A stretch of DNA of 63,851 nucleotides, filler included, from Octopus bimaculoides (lineage: Eukaryota): NCBI RefSeq assembly GCF_001194135.2. It is 5 parts of 5 records of this genome, joined end to end, with 100 filler letters (N's around TTAATTAATTAA, not from the genome) between each part and the next. Parts side by side here need not be neighbours in the genome. Positions count along the whole stretch, not along the records: positions 1 to 18,420 come from NC_068987.1; 4 more parts are not named here. One strand, written 5' to 3'. Each line of letters begins with the position of its first letter. The first letter of the stretch is position 1. Of the stretch, positions 1 to 15,090 are shown one piece after another. Made by a program: the position numbers and the translations under genes. Under the pieces are notes generated by a model. That model searched no databases, was not told the DNA's origin, and saw only the letters and a program-made list of their open reading frames with translations.

Positions 1-52
<52 letters not shown>

Positions 53-3000
53 TAGCTGTAATATATATATAGATATATATAATATATAAACATATATATA
101 TGTGTATGTATGTGTGTGCGTGTGTGTGTGTGTGTGTACTTGCGTGAAGTGACAAGGAAAGACACAATGACGTAGAAAAACGGTCATTGAAAAACGGTGA
201 TTTGAAATGAGAGAATATGGATAAGTGTCTTGTGTTTGAGTCAGTATTTAAATAACTATATATATTTGGTAATCGTTATATATGAAATCATCTTTCTGAA
301 TAAATATATTAGTAAGTCATTAAATTTGTTGTTATGTTGTGAAACACTTTACTTATGTGTCTTGAAATAATTATTACTTCCTTTCTCATATAATTTATTA
401 TATATTTTCCATTTTGGCAATGCTTGGTAACGTTTTAAGTGCATCGGATGGAACGTGTGCTAATATTCAGTTTCTCTTCTAGTTCAGCTAAGATAGAGTT
501 TGCCTTGGTTGATAGAATAAGTATCAGTTGAGAGAGATGATCGTTTATCCCTCTTCCTCCAAGTTTTTATCTCTACGTCTGTAGCAGTAAAGGATTTAGT
601 CCGACCCATTATGCTGCAAAAACCAGCAAGGTCAGTTTTACTTTTTGTCGGGCAGGAGTGAATAAATTATAGAATTTGTCACGTACTGCAGTTGATGCAA
701 TCTAATGGACAATGAGGGCACTTAGGAAAAAGTTGGTGAAGTGTAAAATGTGTCGGACAATCAGATTTTTGAAATATCGGACAGTATTTGTGGAATTTCC
801 GTGTGTGTATACGTGTATTCTTTTGTGAGTGTATGTGCGATCGTTTGTGTGGAGAAAGAAAGATAGTGTTGTGTTTGCTTTTCGAAATTATGTGAAATCA
901 TGTGTTGAAATTTTTGTTTGTTTGTTTGTTTCTTTTGGGCAAGTATGTTAACAGAAACACCCGCCCAGTTTGTAGTTCACCTTTTCTTTGCTTTCAGTTA
1001 ACCAACTAATTAATAAAACAACCAATTAACTCTCTGCTCTGTTAAAGTATTTCATAACGCTTCTGTGATCTTTCACTGCTTCCTTCGCCTGCATTAAGAT
1101 AAAATACGGGCAAGGTGAATCAGTGACGAGGTCGACGTAGTGTGACGAAAGAATTTGCTGAAGTAACTCTTTGACTAATTAAACAAATAGTCAATTCATT
1201 AATCATAAGTGAACTACAGTCATAATTTGAACAAAATAACTGTTCTAAAGAGCAACAATACATACACACACCTGTATAATGTATTGAAAAACAAAAAAAA
1301 AAAATCAACTGTCTTCTGTCTTTTCGTCACGTTTTGTTTGTTCCCTTCATAGTTGCAGCTTGTTTGCAATAATAAAATTCCTAAACCTATTAGTAAATTT
1401 CCAGGCATTCACGATTTCATATTCATTATGATGTTGTGTATCGCTATTGCTTTACATCAGTCAGAACCAATATGATTGGTATTAACATTGCGGCAGGAAT
1501 CCTGGTATCTAACTGCTAGATTTATACGTCATCATTCATGGAATGTTTATTTTTGTTTCTGGTTAGTGTAATTTACTTCTCTCTCTTTTACCATTTTACT
1601 GTTTTATGGGTACTACTACTTCAATCATTAATCATTTATTGTTTGTATGAGGAATTCTCTGTATGTTATGTATTGTTTATTCGTGTTTTCCTTATTACGT
1701 GTTATCAGATGTAGACATGCAATTTGTTGTAAGTGCAGAGGGCGCAAGTTAGAGTGTGTCCTATTTAATGTAAATTTTTGTAACTTCTATGTTTTCAATC
1801 AGCTCTGTTAATGACGCTGATCATTAATATATGGTTCATAAGCTTGTATGTTTATATTGTTATGATGTTTTATTTTATTTTGTTTGCAATAAATTATTAA
1901 TGTTATTTTAGTAATTGGTGCAAAGCCTCTTCAGTTGTGTGCTATGAGGGTGTTATAACTTTTCTCTAATTTATAGTTAGTACAAAAATGGCTGAAGTAA
2001 TGTAATTATATTTTCTTAATTTGATGCTTATATTTTTAATATGTATAGTTTCTAATGTATTTATTCCATAACATTTGCGACTGTTTCATTCAGCAGCTTT
2101 GACTACTATTTAGCATAACTTTTGTTGGCCCGTGTTTGTGTTTTTTTTTACTTCATCATGTAGAGTTCTTTATCTGGTGCTCCATTTGTGGAGGAACATT
2201 TGACGGTATATCTTGGAGAAGCTTTCACAGCAGACGTTTTCAATGTATGTAGAAATTCACAATGCCTATGACTGTATATACATATACTTTATCTTTGGTG
2301 AATACTTACTGCATCTGCTATTTGCAATCGGAATGTTTTCATCTAGAAACAGAGCCATTCTATAGCTTGAAGTTCTCTTTGTAGTGTTTTTGATGTTGGC
2401 ATTTAGTTTAGAGTTCCCTTTTGTTCAATCAGGACTGAATTCCGGTAAAAAGAAACTAATTCTAGAAACAAACGAAATTTAACCTTTAATCCTGAAAGAA
2501 ATCTGAAGCTAACAGAGGAAGTTTTACGATCAACCTGAAATAGATGGTAGTTAAACAACAAACAACATCATCCAAAGAGTAAAACCATGGCGATGTACAA
2601 ATATCGATATGTACCAGTTGAAAACAAACTCTAAATCATCCATACGGAAATATGAAAAAAAAACACATTAAAAAACATACAGGTATAGTATAAACGGGTT
2701 ATGAAACTAATAAGTTTAAAGGAAATGTACTTCGTCACAAATATATTTACGTATCAATATATTAACGTTTTTACTAAAGCTACATGAACCTTCTCCATTC
2801 TGACTAGTTTGTAATGTCCTGCTTAACAAATATATCGCAAACTTAAGCAGAAACTCTAAAAGGCCAGAGGTAATTGTATGTGTAATTTATGGTATCACAT
2901 TAAGACAATCTTTACGCACTCACTGATACCATAACCAGAATGCGATTCATGAGGTCCAACTACGTACATTTGGGATAGCAAGTGCTTTTAAGACGAGACA

Positions 3001-3866
3001 GAAAACAGATAAATATATTGGCAAACCCACTATAATGACGTACATCCTGTCAACCGAGAATATTAGACCAAAAACATGCATCACATTTACGCGCTTTGGT
3101 ACGAAATTAATGTGTTGTCACCACTTTGTGAATTTGTATTACATTAATAAAAGCAAAAATAGAATGTAACCAACACCATCCCGGATTAAACAGGGTATTG
3201 TTGCAAAGAAACAGGCATACATCAGACACGTAATTCACTGTCAAATAGCTATTACAAGAAAATTTAGACTCAAGCCACATCATAAAAAGAAAAGAAAAAA
3301 CCTCCATGCTATGTAAGGAAATACAAAATTTAAGAGGATTTCGCTACACTAGATTTCGAAATGCAATCTAGGTGAACTTACAGCTGACAATTGGGACAGA
3401 AACATTCGCCAGGGAATACCAACGGGTAATTTACGTTGAAGGTCATGACTTTTACTAACCGGTCTCCTATTAGCTAACACCTGTTAAGAAAATGATACTC
3501 ATATGAGCACTGTGTTCAGTAGATATAACGCGATATCAGTCAAAGAACAAATTAAACCAAATTTCCAATCTTACAAACAAGTCAAAAACAGTTCTCTCTC
3601 ATTAAGAGCAAACAGATTGTTTCCCAGTTGTAAAAACGGCGCTCTATATGGTATGTGTTAACAAATGAATGAGTAAGATCGTTAAAAATATGAATAAGGA
3701 TATATTTTTCATTATAGACTAGTACGGCCATAAGATTAACTAACATTCGTATTATCTGAAGTAAAGCCACGAATCATCATTTCAACAGATGTAATTATAC
3801 AACGTGTCATATACTGAGTCCTTAATGATTGTTCATTATGTATATATATGTATGTATGTGTGTATG

Positions 3867-3926
<60 letters not shown>

Positions 3927-4795
3927 NNNNNNNNNNNNNNNNNNNNNNNNNNNNNNNNNNNNNNNNNNNNNNNNNNNNNNNNNNNNNNNNNNNNNNNNNN
4001 NNNNNNNNNNNNNNNNNNNNNNNNNNNNNNNNNNNNNNNNNNNNNNNNNNNNNNNNNNNNNNNNNNNNNNNNNNNNNNNNNNNNNNNNNNNNNNNNNNNN
4101 NNNNNNNNNNNNNNNNNNNNNNNNNNNNNNNNNNNNNNNNNNNNNNNNNNNNNNNNNNNNNNNNNNNNNNNNNNNNNNNNNNNNNNNNNNNNNNNNNNNN
4201 NNNNNNNNNNNNNNNNNNNNNNNNNNNNNNNNNNNNNNNNNNNNNNNNNNNNNNNNNNNNNNNNNNNNNNNNNNNNNNNNNNNNNNNNNNNNNNNNNNNN
4301 NNNNNNNTATATTTATATATATAAACATATATATTTATAAATACGCTATTTACATGTACATTCTACATATGTACATATATTTTATGTTACTTATATGTGT
4401 GTGTGTGTGCTAAACTTCACGACGTGATACATTATCTATGGAAACACATTGCATCTCATTAAGAAGAATAAGTAAATATGACAAATATTATTGCTGGTGA
4501 TAATTTTTAATACATCTTCCATTTCGCGGTTTATGGTTGCCTGGGTTTCTCACACAACCTTCCCTACACATGTATTTGTCCGCGATATAGAGTGAAATTA
4601 ATCAGAAATCGTTTAATTTGATTGTGGCTGGAGACAAGAGATAATAAATCATCACACTACCTCAAACATTTGATTTTCTTTTAATGCAATATAAAGATAG
4701 ACAAATACACATCGTAACACAATATTACACACATACACGTGTTCATTTGCAACTGCAAGGCAAGTACTTCGGCCTATACATAGATATATATGTAT

Positions 4796-4835
<40 letters not shown>

Positions 4836-5746
4836 ACATAAATATATAGATAGACACATGCATATATGTGTGTCTGTATATGTGTATATGTGTANNNNNN
4901 NNNNNNNNNNNNNNNNNNNNNNNNNNNNNNNNNNNNNNNNNNNNNNNNNNNNNNNNNNNNNNNNNNNNNNNNNNNNNNNNNNNNNNNNNNNNNNNNNNNN
5001 NNNNNNNNNNNNNNNNNNNNNNNNNNNNNNNNNNNNNNNNNNNNNNNNNNNNNNNNNNNNNNNNNNNNNNNNNNNNNNNNNNNNNNNNNNNNNNNNNNNN
5101 NNNNNNNNNNNNNNNNNNNNNNNNNNNNNNNNNNNNNNNNNNNNNNNNNNNNNNNNNNNNNNNNNNNNNNNNNNNNNNNNNNNNNNNNNNNNNNNNNNNN
5201 NNNNNNNNNNNNNNNNNNNNNNNNNNNNNNNNNNNNNNNNNNNNNNNNNNNNNNNNNNNNNNNNNNNNNNNNNNNNNNNNNNNNNNNNNNNNNNNNNNNN
5301 NNNNNNNNNNNNNNNNNNNNNNNNNNNNNNNNNNNNNNNNNNNNNNNNNNNNNNNNNNNNNNNNNNNNNNNNNNNNNNNNNNNNNNNNNNNNNNNNNNNN
5401 NNNNNNNNNNNNNNNNNNNNNNNNNNNNNNNNNNNNNNNNNNNNNNNNNNNNNNNNNNNNNNNNNNNNNNNNNNNNNNNNNNNNNNNNNNNNNNNNNNNN
5501 NNNNNNNNNNNNNNNNNNNNNNNNNNNNNNNNNNNNNNNNNNNNNNNNNNNNNNNNNNNNNNNNNNNNNNNNNNNNNNNNNNNNNNNNNNNNNNNNNNNN
5601 NNNNNNNNNNNNNNNNNNNNNNNNNNNNNNNNNNNNNNNNNNNNNNNNNNNNNNNNNNNNNNNNNNNNNNNNNNNNNNNNNNNNNNNNNNNNNNNNNNNN
5701 NNNNNNNNNTATATATATATATATATGTATATATTTATCTATCAAT

Positions 5747-5935
5747 CAAAGATCACCTGGGAAAATTCCTATATGTAACACCAGATGAGCTCACATCGCG
5801 GCAAGAGGCACAGAGAAGAGCAGCACTGTCCAACTCACTTCTTCACCAAAACACACTACCGAAAGAAGACTCCAAGAACACCAAAATTCTGCGCCCAAGC
5901 ATGGCCCCAGCATCTGGCTGAAATCGGTGAAAGAT
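5747..5935 (+). mobile_element. CR1/L2-group LINE extreme 3' fragment
   Basis: DHLGKFLYVTPDELTSRQEAQRRAALSNSLLHQ resembles the LDxFLxxxPDxP...SNSL C-terminus also seen at 48402-48500. Confidence 0.5.
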
Positions 5936-6347
5936 AAACAGGAATATGTATCTATTGGTATATATGTGAGTGTGTGTATGTGCGTGAGTGTTTACGTGTG
6001 TGTGAGCCATTTAGTTATTTAACTAGGACGGACTTCTCTAATCACTTGTTACTGAATTCATTGATTTATGAAGCTGATGATTATTTAATGTAGTATAATG
6101 TCATTAAATTATTGTTTGAACGCATACACCAGGGAACCAACTTGTGACTGATTCTCATATGTATGGTCAGGTGTCATAAACTGGAAGTTTGACTGCTTAT
6201 AGAGGTTGTGGACACCTTCAAATTGAATATTTGAGAACGCCAAAATATGTTACAACGTGTGATAATATGATAATAGAAAGCGAGACTTGTTGCCAGATAC
6301 TTCATAATTTTTAGTGTGTATGTCTGTCTGCGTATGGGTGCGTGTGA

Positions 6348-6378
<31 letters not shown>

Positions 6379-6801
6379 AGTGCACATGTCTGTATGTGAG
6401 CGTGTGTGTGTTGTGAATGTGTTTGTCTCTTGTAAATGTGTGGATGTGTGTGTGTATCTCTGTGCATGGATGTGTGAGTGGGTGTAGTTGTAACTAACCT
6501 GCGTTGCTGTAATCAAGTTCAGTTAACGTATTAGTCTAGTGAGCCAAGAAATTTCATTTCATTCATATTACATCTGCAGTGAGGAGAAAATAATCAACAG
6601 CTTTGCGTTGAATTCAGATCATAACAAAAAGGATAGAGAGAAAAACGCATGGGACGCGAAAATATAAATTTATACAAATTAATTAAAAACAGTGGGCATT
6701 AGAGACTGCCTCAGATTTTAACAGAGCATATGTCTTTCGCTTTCTCCTCCTCTCTCTCTGAAAAAAATAAATACACACTTATACTAACATATATTTACAC
6801 A

Positions 6802-6913
<112 letters not shown>

Positions 6914-7476
6914 CATTATATATACATTTTATATATATATATATACGTATATATATATACATATATAGATAGATAGATAAAACTTACTTGGAAGAGGATG
7001 CGTAGCGTTCAATCATATAATAATATAAATNNNNNNNNNNNNNNNNNNNNNNNNNNNNNNNNNNNNNNNNNNNNNNNNNNNNNNNNNNNNNNNNNNNNNN
7101 NNNNNNNNNNNNNNNNNNNNNNNNNNNNNNNNNNNNNNNNNNNNNNNNNNNNNNNNNNNNNNNNNNNNNNNNNNNNNNNNNNNNNNNNNNNNNNNNNNNN
7201 NNNNNNNNNNNNNNNNNNNNNNNNNNNNNNNNNNNNNNNNNNNNNNNNNNNNNNNNNNNNNNNNNNNNNNATATATATATATATATGCATATGTGGGCAC
7301 AGGACGTCACGTAACGTGTACAACAGAAAGTACGAAGTACGAGTACATGGAATATGAATTATTTTTTCAAATAACGAAAGACACAAATGGAAAAAAAAAA
7401 CAAGACAAACAACATAAAGAACGATCCTTCATCAGTTGTTGGCTGTTACTCTAGTCTCGTATTTCGAGCATTTAAC

Positions 7477-8050
<574 letters not shown>

Positions 8051-8153
8051 AATAACAGTATATGTGTATTTACATATGCATGTATGTATGTATCTGTCTA
8101 TCTATCTACTTATCTATCTGTTTATGTATGTATGTTTGGATAGATGTATCTAT

Positions 8154-8236
<83 letters not shown>

Positions 8237-8387
8237 TGTGGGTGTGTTTGTGGAGTTGTTAGCGAACTCCCCCTTTATCGTTTTATCGATTTTGATGAAT
8301 CTTGACGCGTGAGTAGAACTCATGTCAAGAAACCTCGTGGCATACTCAGATTGCTGAAAAAATCGATAATAGTGGCCATGGAAGAGA

Positions 8388-9126
8388 TCCTTATATATAT
8401 GTAATATATGTTATTTTAAAAACAAAGGGAAATAGCGCATTCGCCCCTGGAAGGGATCCTTATATATAACCAAGGGAAATAACCCATTTATTTTCCTAAA
8501 TTATTCGGTAAAAATGAAATTGAGTATTGTTATTTCTTAGTATTTAAACTGTTACAGTTATTTTCGCAATTTTTTCATCACAACCCTTAAACAAGTAAAT
8601 AGTATTTTCCTAAACAATAGATCCACTTATTTCGGTTAGTGACCTATTCACGAATATACCCACACTAGCGCCCCTGAGAGTAAAATTCTATGGGGACGCA
8701 CAAAAGCCCTTTTTGAGAGTTATTTACTTTGAATTGTTATTATCTCATTTCTAATTAGCCTGTTATTACATAACATGCTTCACGATTTTAGTATACATAC
8801 CCTATTAGTATTTCCCCATATGTTCTATATACTCTGGGAACGCATTAAAGCACTTTTCGTGGATACTTTATTTGAATTCTTACTATCAGGTAACTAATTT
8901 CATGTTATTACATAACTGATTTCACAATTTGGGTATACGTTACTTATTGGGAATTCCTAAAATCATGATCTTGTGTAAGACAGTTTGGTGTTCTCTGTAA
9001 ATGCACAAAAACCGTTTTAAGGGCTACATATTTTGTATTGTTATTAGTGGATTAGCAAAAAAATTAGGAGAACGGAACCAAGGGATAATCTCCGCTTTCC
9101 CGGGAATTACCGGCTACGTCAGCTAG
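8388..9126 (+). mobile_element. Non-autonomous Helitron-like element
   Basis: The 3' end is a ccgg-gaatta-ccgg hairpin, then 9 nt, then CTAG|T (9123-9127). Candidate A|TC 5' ends lie at 8388 and 8457. There are about three diverged internal repeats of about 143 bp. Confidence 0.55.
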
Positions 9127-9796
9127 TTATTATCATACATGAATATATTCCGATTAATCTCGGTAGGTTTCTGTTTTGTTTTACCCCGACAACAAAATAT
9201 TATCTTACCAATAACATAAGATAACTTAGATAGCAAACATAAGATGGCTTTCGTGAATGTGTGTCGGTCAGCACGGCGAATTCAAATGATTTGTAACATA
9301 GGGATAAGAACTCAAGTATGGTGCAAGTGCTTAGTAAATAACCCCACCCTTTCCCCCCTATACTTGGTAGGTATTTTATTATATGAAACCAGGAAAGAGG
9401 ATGGATGATTGTTGAATTCGCGACAAAGAGCTACAATGGAAATATCCACGATATAAACAGACGGAACAAGTACTACAAAGTGTTTTGTATAATGATTTAA
9501 GAATTTGGACAGTTCACAACCCGAAATATCCAGAGCGATGTCATCATGAAAGCCAATCTGTTAAGTGACAGCTGAAGTAATTAATGTAGTGAGTCATAAT
9601 TAATTACTCGCTGACTAAAGTGTCGATTGGTATTCTTCTAACAGAGAACATAGCCTTACACAAACACACATACGCACACACGCGCATACATGCGAACACA
9701 CTTGCACAAGCACATGTAAATAACCACAAAATCTCACACGACCTACATATATTTTATTTGTTGACAAAAATTGCTTACATTGGTAGAATTCAACAA

Positions 9797-9839
<43 letters not shown>

Positions 9840-9871
9840 CACACACACATACCCACAAAATCGCACACACA

Positions 9872-10001
9872 TACGAAGGCGTGCTGAAAAGTTCCTGTCT
9901 TTCGATAAAAGAATATACAGAAGTATCACTTAATAATGATTTTATTGAACATATTCTCCTCTCAGATTCGCACACATTGTAGTTTGTCTAAGCCCTGTAA
10001 A
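9872..10001 (+). mobile_element. Mariner-like terminal fragment
   Basis: tacgaaggcgtgctgaaaagttcc resembles the TIR at 50107-50132. The fragment is truncated by a gap. Confidence 0.6.
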
Positions 10002-11551
10002 NNNNNNNNNNNNNNNNNNNNNNNNNNNNNNNNNNNNNNNNNNNNNNNNNNNNNNNNNNNNNNNNNNNNNNNNNNNNNNNNNNNNNNNNNNNNNNNNNNN
10101 NNNNNNNNNNNNNNNNNNNNNNNNNNNNNNNNNNNNNNNNNNNNNNNNNNNNNNNNNNNNNNNNNNNNNNNNNNNNNNNNNNNNNNNNNNNNNNNNNNNN
10201 NNNNNNNNNNNNNNNNNNNNNNNNNNNNNNNNNNNNNNNNNNNNNNNNNNNNNNNNNNNNNNNNNNNNNNNNNNNNNNNNNNNNNNNNNNNNNNNNNNNN
10301 NNNNNNNNNNNNNNNNNNNNNNNNNNNNNNNNNNNNNNNNNNNNNNNNNNNNNNNNNNNNNNNNNNNNNNNNNNNNNNNNNNNNNNNNNNNNNNNNNNNN
10401 NNNNNNNNNNNNNNNNNNNNNNNNNNNNNNNNNNNNNNNNNNNNNNNNNNNNNNNNNNNNNNNNNNNNNNNNNNNNNNNNNNNNNNNNNNNNNNNNNNNN
10501 NNNNNNNNNNNNNNNNNNNNNNNNNNNNNNNNNNNNNNNNNNNNNNNNNNNNNNNNNNNNNNNNNNNNNNNNNNNNNNNNNNNNNNNNNNNNNNNNNNNN
10601 NNNNNNNNNNNNNNNNNNNNNNNNNNNNNNNNNNNNNNNNNNNNNNNNNNNNNNNNNNNNNNNNNNNNNNNNNNNNNNNNNNNNNNNNNNNNNNNNNNNN
10701 NNNNNNNNNNNNNNNNNNNNNNNNNNNNNNNNNNNNNNNNNNNNNNNNNNNTATATATATATATATATACATATATATACATACATATATATATACATAC
10801 ATATATGAGGCATCAGCGTTTTTTATAAGACATTAATGGAACTGGCTGTTAATGAACCAGTGACCTCTTGGTGACTTTGTTTCTTAAACTACAAACATCT
10901 AAATTGTAATCTAGTACTAACTTCTGTATTAAAGAAAATCAAAAGCGGAAACTGGAATCCGCTTTGTTTTAATAATCTTGCAATTATAACACCAGAATAA
11001 CTGCAACTACTATAACTGTATTTAATATTAGTAAAAATAAATAAAAGATATCAAAAAAAATATACAGGAAAAAATTAATGGAACGTAAAGTATCATGTCC
11101 GTAATTTTTCTCTGTGAAAATACAGAAGTTACACAAAGAAAGGGTTTTAATTATTGGAATTGAAAATAATTGTGGTGATAAAATTCGATTAGACTATAGA
11201 GAATTTTTACATTATAAAATTGAAAAATATGTTCATCAAAATGTGTTAATTAGTGAATTTAACAAAAAAAAAAAGAAAGAAAGAGGAAAAATCACTGATA
11301 CACTCGCGAAAAAATGCTACCCAAAACATATCTTTATTGTATGACAATAGGATTGCCTGGAAATAAGAAAAGCAGATTGCAAAATGCTATTGAAAATAGA
11401 TTCGTTAAAACAATTGTCCAATTAAGAGTAGAGAAGTTAGTTTGTGTAACAAAACAAATTATGTTCTATCAATATCTTACTTTCTGCTGCTTTACATTCA
11501 TCCGCGCCTCACTCTCATTAATACATATGTATATGATTGGGGGTATGTATG

Positions 11552-11665
<114 letters not shown>

Positions 11666-11792
11666 TAGATAGATAGATAATATGTATACACACACACACA
11701 CTTTAACAGAATTACTATTACTTAAAAGCATTTATGAGAAAAAAAGCGCCCATGTACAAAAGGACCAATGGTCAGGTGCCTTGTGAATATAC

Positions 11793-11825
<33 letters not shown>

Positions 11826-12883
11826 CCTATCTATTTCTCTATCTTTCTATCTATGCATCCATCTATCTATATATTCATTTTTCTATCTATATATGTATCT
11901 ATATATGTGCGTGTGCCTGTGCGTGCATGTATGTATCTTTGTATCTGTGTGTGTGAGTATGTGATTATGAATATAGAGATAATAATATATTGGTTATATA
12001 AATATATTGTTAGAATACTAAATATGGAAGGAAATTTTCGTGCAATTTTTTTTCCTTTCATAACACTTGTATGTCTCACACGTGCACATCGTATACACAA
12101 TGAAAAAGAAAATCAAACCAAATCGTAAAAAAAAAATTCAAACCATATTCTATGGACTTTAGTTGTACAAACTTATTTATTATTTTAAAATAGTAAAATT
12201 GGTTGTATTTTTTTCTTTTGTTCTGTATATTTCAAACATAATTGTTGTTTTTTTAATTCACTTCTGTAATGTTTGCATTTCATTATTTTTGTTATTCAGT
12301 TATAGATTTACCATAATGAAATATACAAATGTAGAAACTAATGCCAATTATAGATATTAAAAACACACAACGCTATTAATAAAAAAAGGATGTCTGCTTT
12401 TGATTTTTAAGCATTACTTGTTTTTTTTTGTTTTGTTTTGTTTTTTTGCTGTTTTACCAATTTTCACGTGGTTCTAACAGGGCGCAGTTATTAATATCTG
12501 TAATGCTTTGACGAAGATCTTTTTTGTACGGTAGATTAGAAACATCAGGATTTTCACAATTAGTAGTTTGCCTCATGATAACGATAAATCATATTATTTT
12601 ATCAAATTAAATTAGTACAAGTAAATATTTGATGACAGTTCAAAAATATTGTTGCAAATGGTTGCTAATGAATTTATATATATTCATGTTTTCATTTTTA
12701 CCTTTAATTCGAGCTCAAATCGACGTCTTACTGAACCTCCTCAGATACGCCGTAAAACCTAATTGAATTTGAATAGATTAAATCTGTTCTGCACATGTAT
12801 CCCTTTGTCACAAACTGACTGTGAATATATGAGGGGCTTGTTAAGAGCAATAAGAGTCACACACATATACACACACGCAAACA

Positions 12884-12943
12884 GAAGTTGAAGATTTTTA
12901 CCGCTTTCGAAGTGGAAGATTTTTACCGCTTTCGAAGTGGAAG
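12884..12943. repeat. 25-bp tandem duplication
   Basis: gaagt(t/g)gaagatttttaccgctttc occurs twice, plus a partial third unit. Confidence 0.9.
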
Positions 12944-14673
12944 AATGAAATCGCCTATGTTTTTTTGTTTTTTTTTAGGTACACCGTGACTGATAAAAGT
13001 AAGGTCGGACGCTCGCAAGTCCCAACGAGGACACGGATTAGGACTACAATCGGATAACTGCAATGATCAATCTGAGGGGGGTTTGCACAGTTTTTTCTAA
13101 ACCAAATTTAACACACAAGGCTTTCATCTCCTCTTGACTGAAACAGAAGACAGTTGACCAAGTTGGGTTTGATTCACGCAGCTGGATCAAACCCAGGCTC
13201 ACGAAGTTTGGAAGTGAACTCCTTAAATTCACAAGAACATCTGCGCCCATAAATTATTAATTTTCTTTTGATGCATTTCCCTAAGTTTTGATAATAATAA
13301 GAGAACCACTTTGTAAATGAGCTCGCAGAAATTTCCCTTAAGCTTTAGATGGGGGCTCTCAAAATTGAGCATGTAAAAATGGCCTGTTAGTGAATGCGCT
13401 TCTTACATTCTACAATGCGTTTGTATTTCCTGGTCGAGCAGACTATTTTAAACGATGATATATTCCAATGCTGGCAAAAAGAAGAGTACACTTGTTAGAA
13501 CAAAAGTTCTTAATTCTAATGGTCGGGACTATTCATGCCTGGGTAGTGTTGAATATTTTATTTCAATGTGGGCTTCAGAAATGAATTGATTTTCTTTGTT
13601 GCAGAAATTAGAATTACTCTCGGAGCCACTTAGCACTGTTAAAGTAGAATAAATACCTGTTCTTTATGGATGCTAGAGATTTAGAAATGATATAGCTTCG
13701 CTCTAACTCACGTTTACTGTAAGACAGCTTTCGAATATTATATTAAACATTGTGAAATATATTCTAAATCACAATTGAGAAGACACAAAATACTTTGAAA
13801 AAGCTGTGTAGTCGATGTAAACAATTCTAGCAGAGAACTGGTATTTATTTGATCTGATGTTCACTTCAGTTGCCTAGAAATATTGAAGCATACAGAAGAG
13901 AATTTAGTCTGTAGTTAAAGAACAAATAATTTTTACTTTCCTGTAAATTGCTGAAACATGCATACGTTCATATTATTATTTATATATTCATAAACAACAA
14001 ATATAACTCCTTATATTTTATACACTATAGCCGCTAACTTACATATATACACATACACACACGGCTTTTCATTTCTTTTTCCATTGGCAGAAGGATAGTA
14101 GGTAGCTTCCTTTGTATCCTCTTCGGAGCAAAAGGTAACCAATGATCAATAATAAAAGCATTGAATGAAAATCAAGCTGAAGTTAAAATCATATGCTTCC
14201 CATTGTATATTGGGTACTTCTATCTCTGAACATAAAAAAGAAAACATGAAAACAATCTCGCTACTGTGCTACCGGAAGGAAAAGAAAAGGAAAATGGGCG
14301 ACGTGTTGTTAGAACCAAACTGCTAAGGTTTGTAAAGAAATAATCCACATTCTGAATAAGGAACTAAAGCCACGAAATATCGTGGAATATGAATAACCGT
14401 TGGCTATTGGTTGAAGGTGGGACCTAAGGATATAACAGAATAATTTTATTGTATTTTAGATATTAGTGCAGTCCACAATAAGATTTATAGAATTTATCCA
14501 GTAAACACACAAATATACACGCACAGTAACACATTTTTAGGCGAAGAAGAACGTAAAAAGAAGTAATACTAATCATACAATTAAAATATTTCCTCGCATT
14601 ACCCTCTTATCTTAGACTCTAAATACCTTTCAGAATTGATTATAATTACTTATATTTATTCAATGATAGTTCA

Positions 14674-14890
14674 GGCGCGTAGCATAGTGGTTAGGTTGTT
14701 GGACTCATGATCGTAAGATTGTGATTTCGATTGCTAGACAAGGCAATGTGTTGTGATCTCGAGCGAAACACTTCATTTCACGTTGACCAGCTGGCAAAAA
14801 TGAGTATTCTCTGCAAAGGACCGACGTCCCGTCCTGGGAAAATATGAACACCACAGAAACCGCATGACTGGCCTATATAACTCGGGGAGG
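14674..14890 (+). mobile_element. tRNA-derived SINE, third family
   Basis: The head ggcgcgtagcatagtggttagg...gatttcgattgc has A/B-box-like motifs, followed by cttcatttcacgttg...cagctggcaaaaatgagta. Confidence 0.6.
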
Positions 14891-15042
14891 AGCGTTTTTT
14901 TTTGTATTCGATGAGCAACTTCATGAGTGATACATCGATTAATACAAGTTAAGTATACATCATTATGTTCACGGGAGTCATATTAATTCGATATATATAT
15001 ATATAAATACATATACATATATATATACACATACACACACCC

Positions 15043-15090
<48 letters not shown>

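Noticed and set aside
3440-3451. AGGTCATGACTT, near IR0 nuclear-receptor element
   Set aside because: A single one-mismatch 12-mer is plausible by chance in 64 kb.
7300-7470. CTGATGA and CGAAA motifs on the minus strand
   Set aside because: The order and pairing do not give a valid hammerhead fold. Possibly a decayed PLE-type repeat only.
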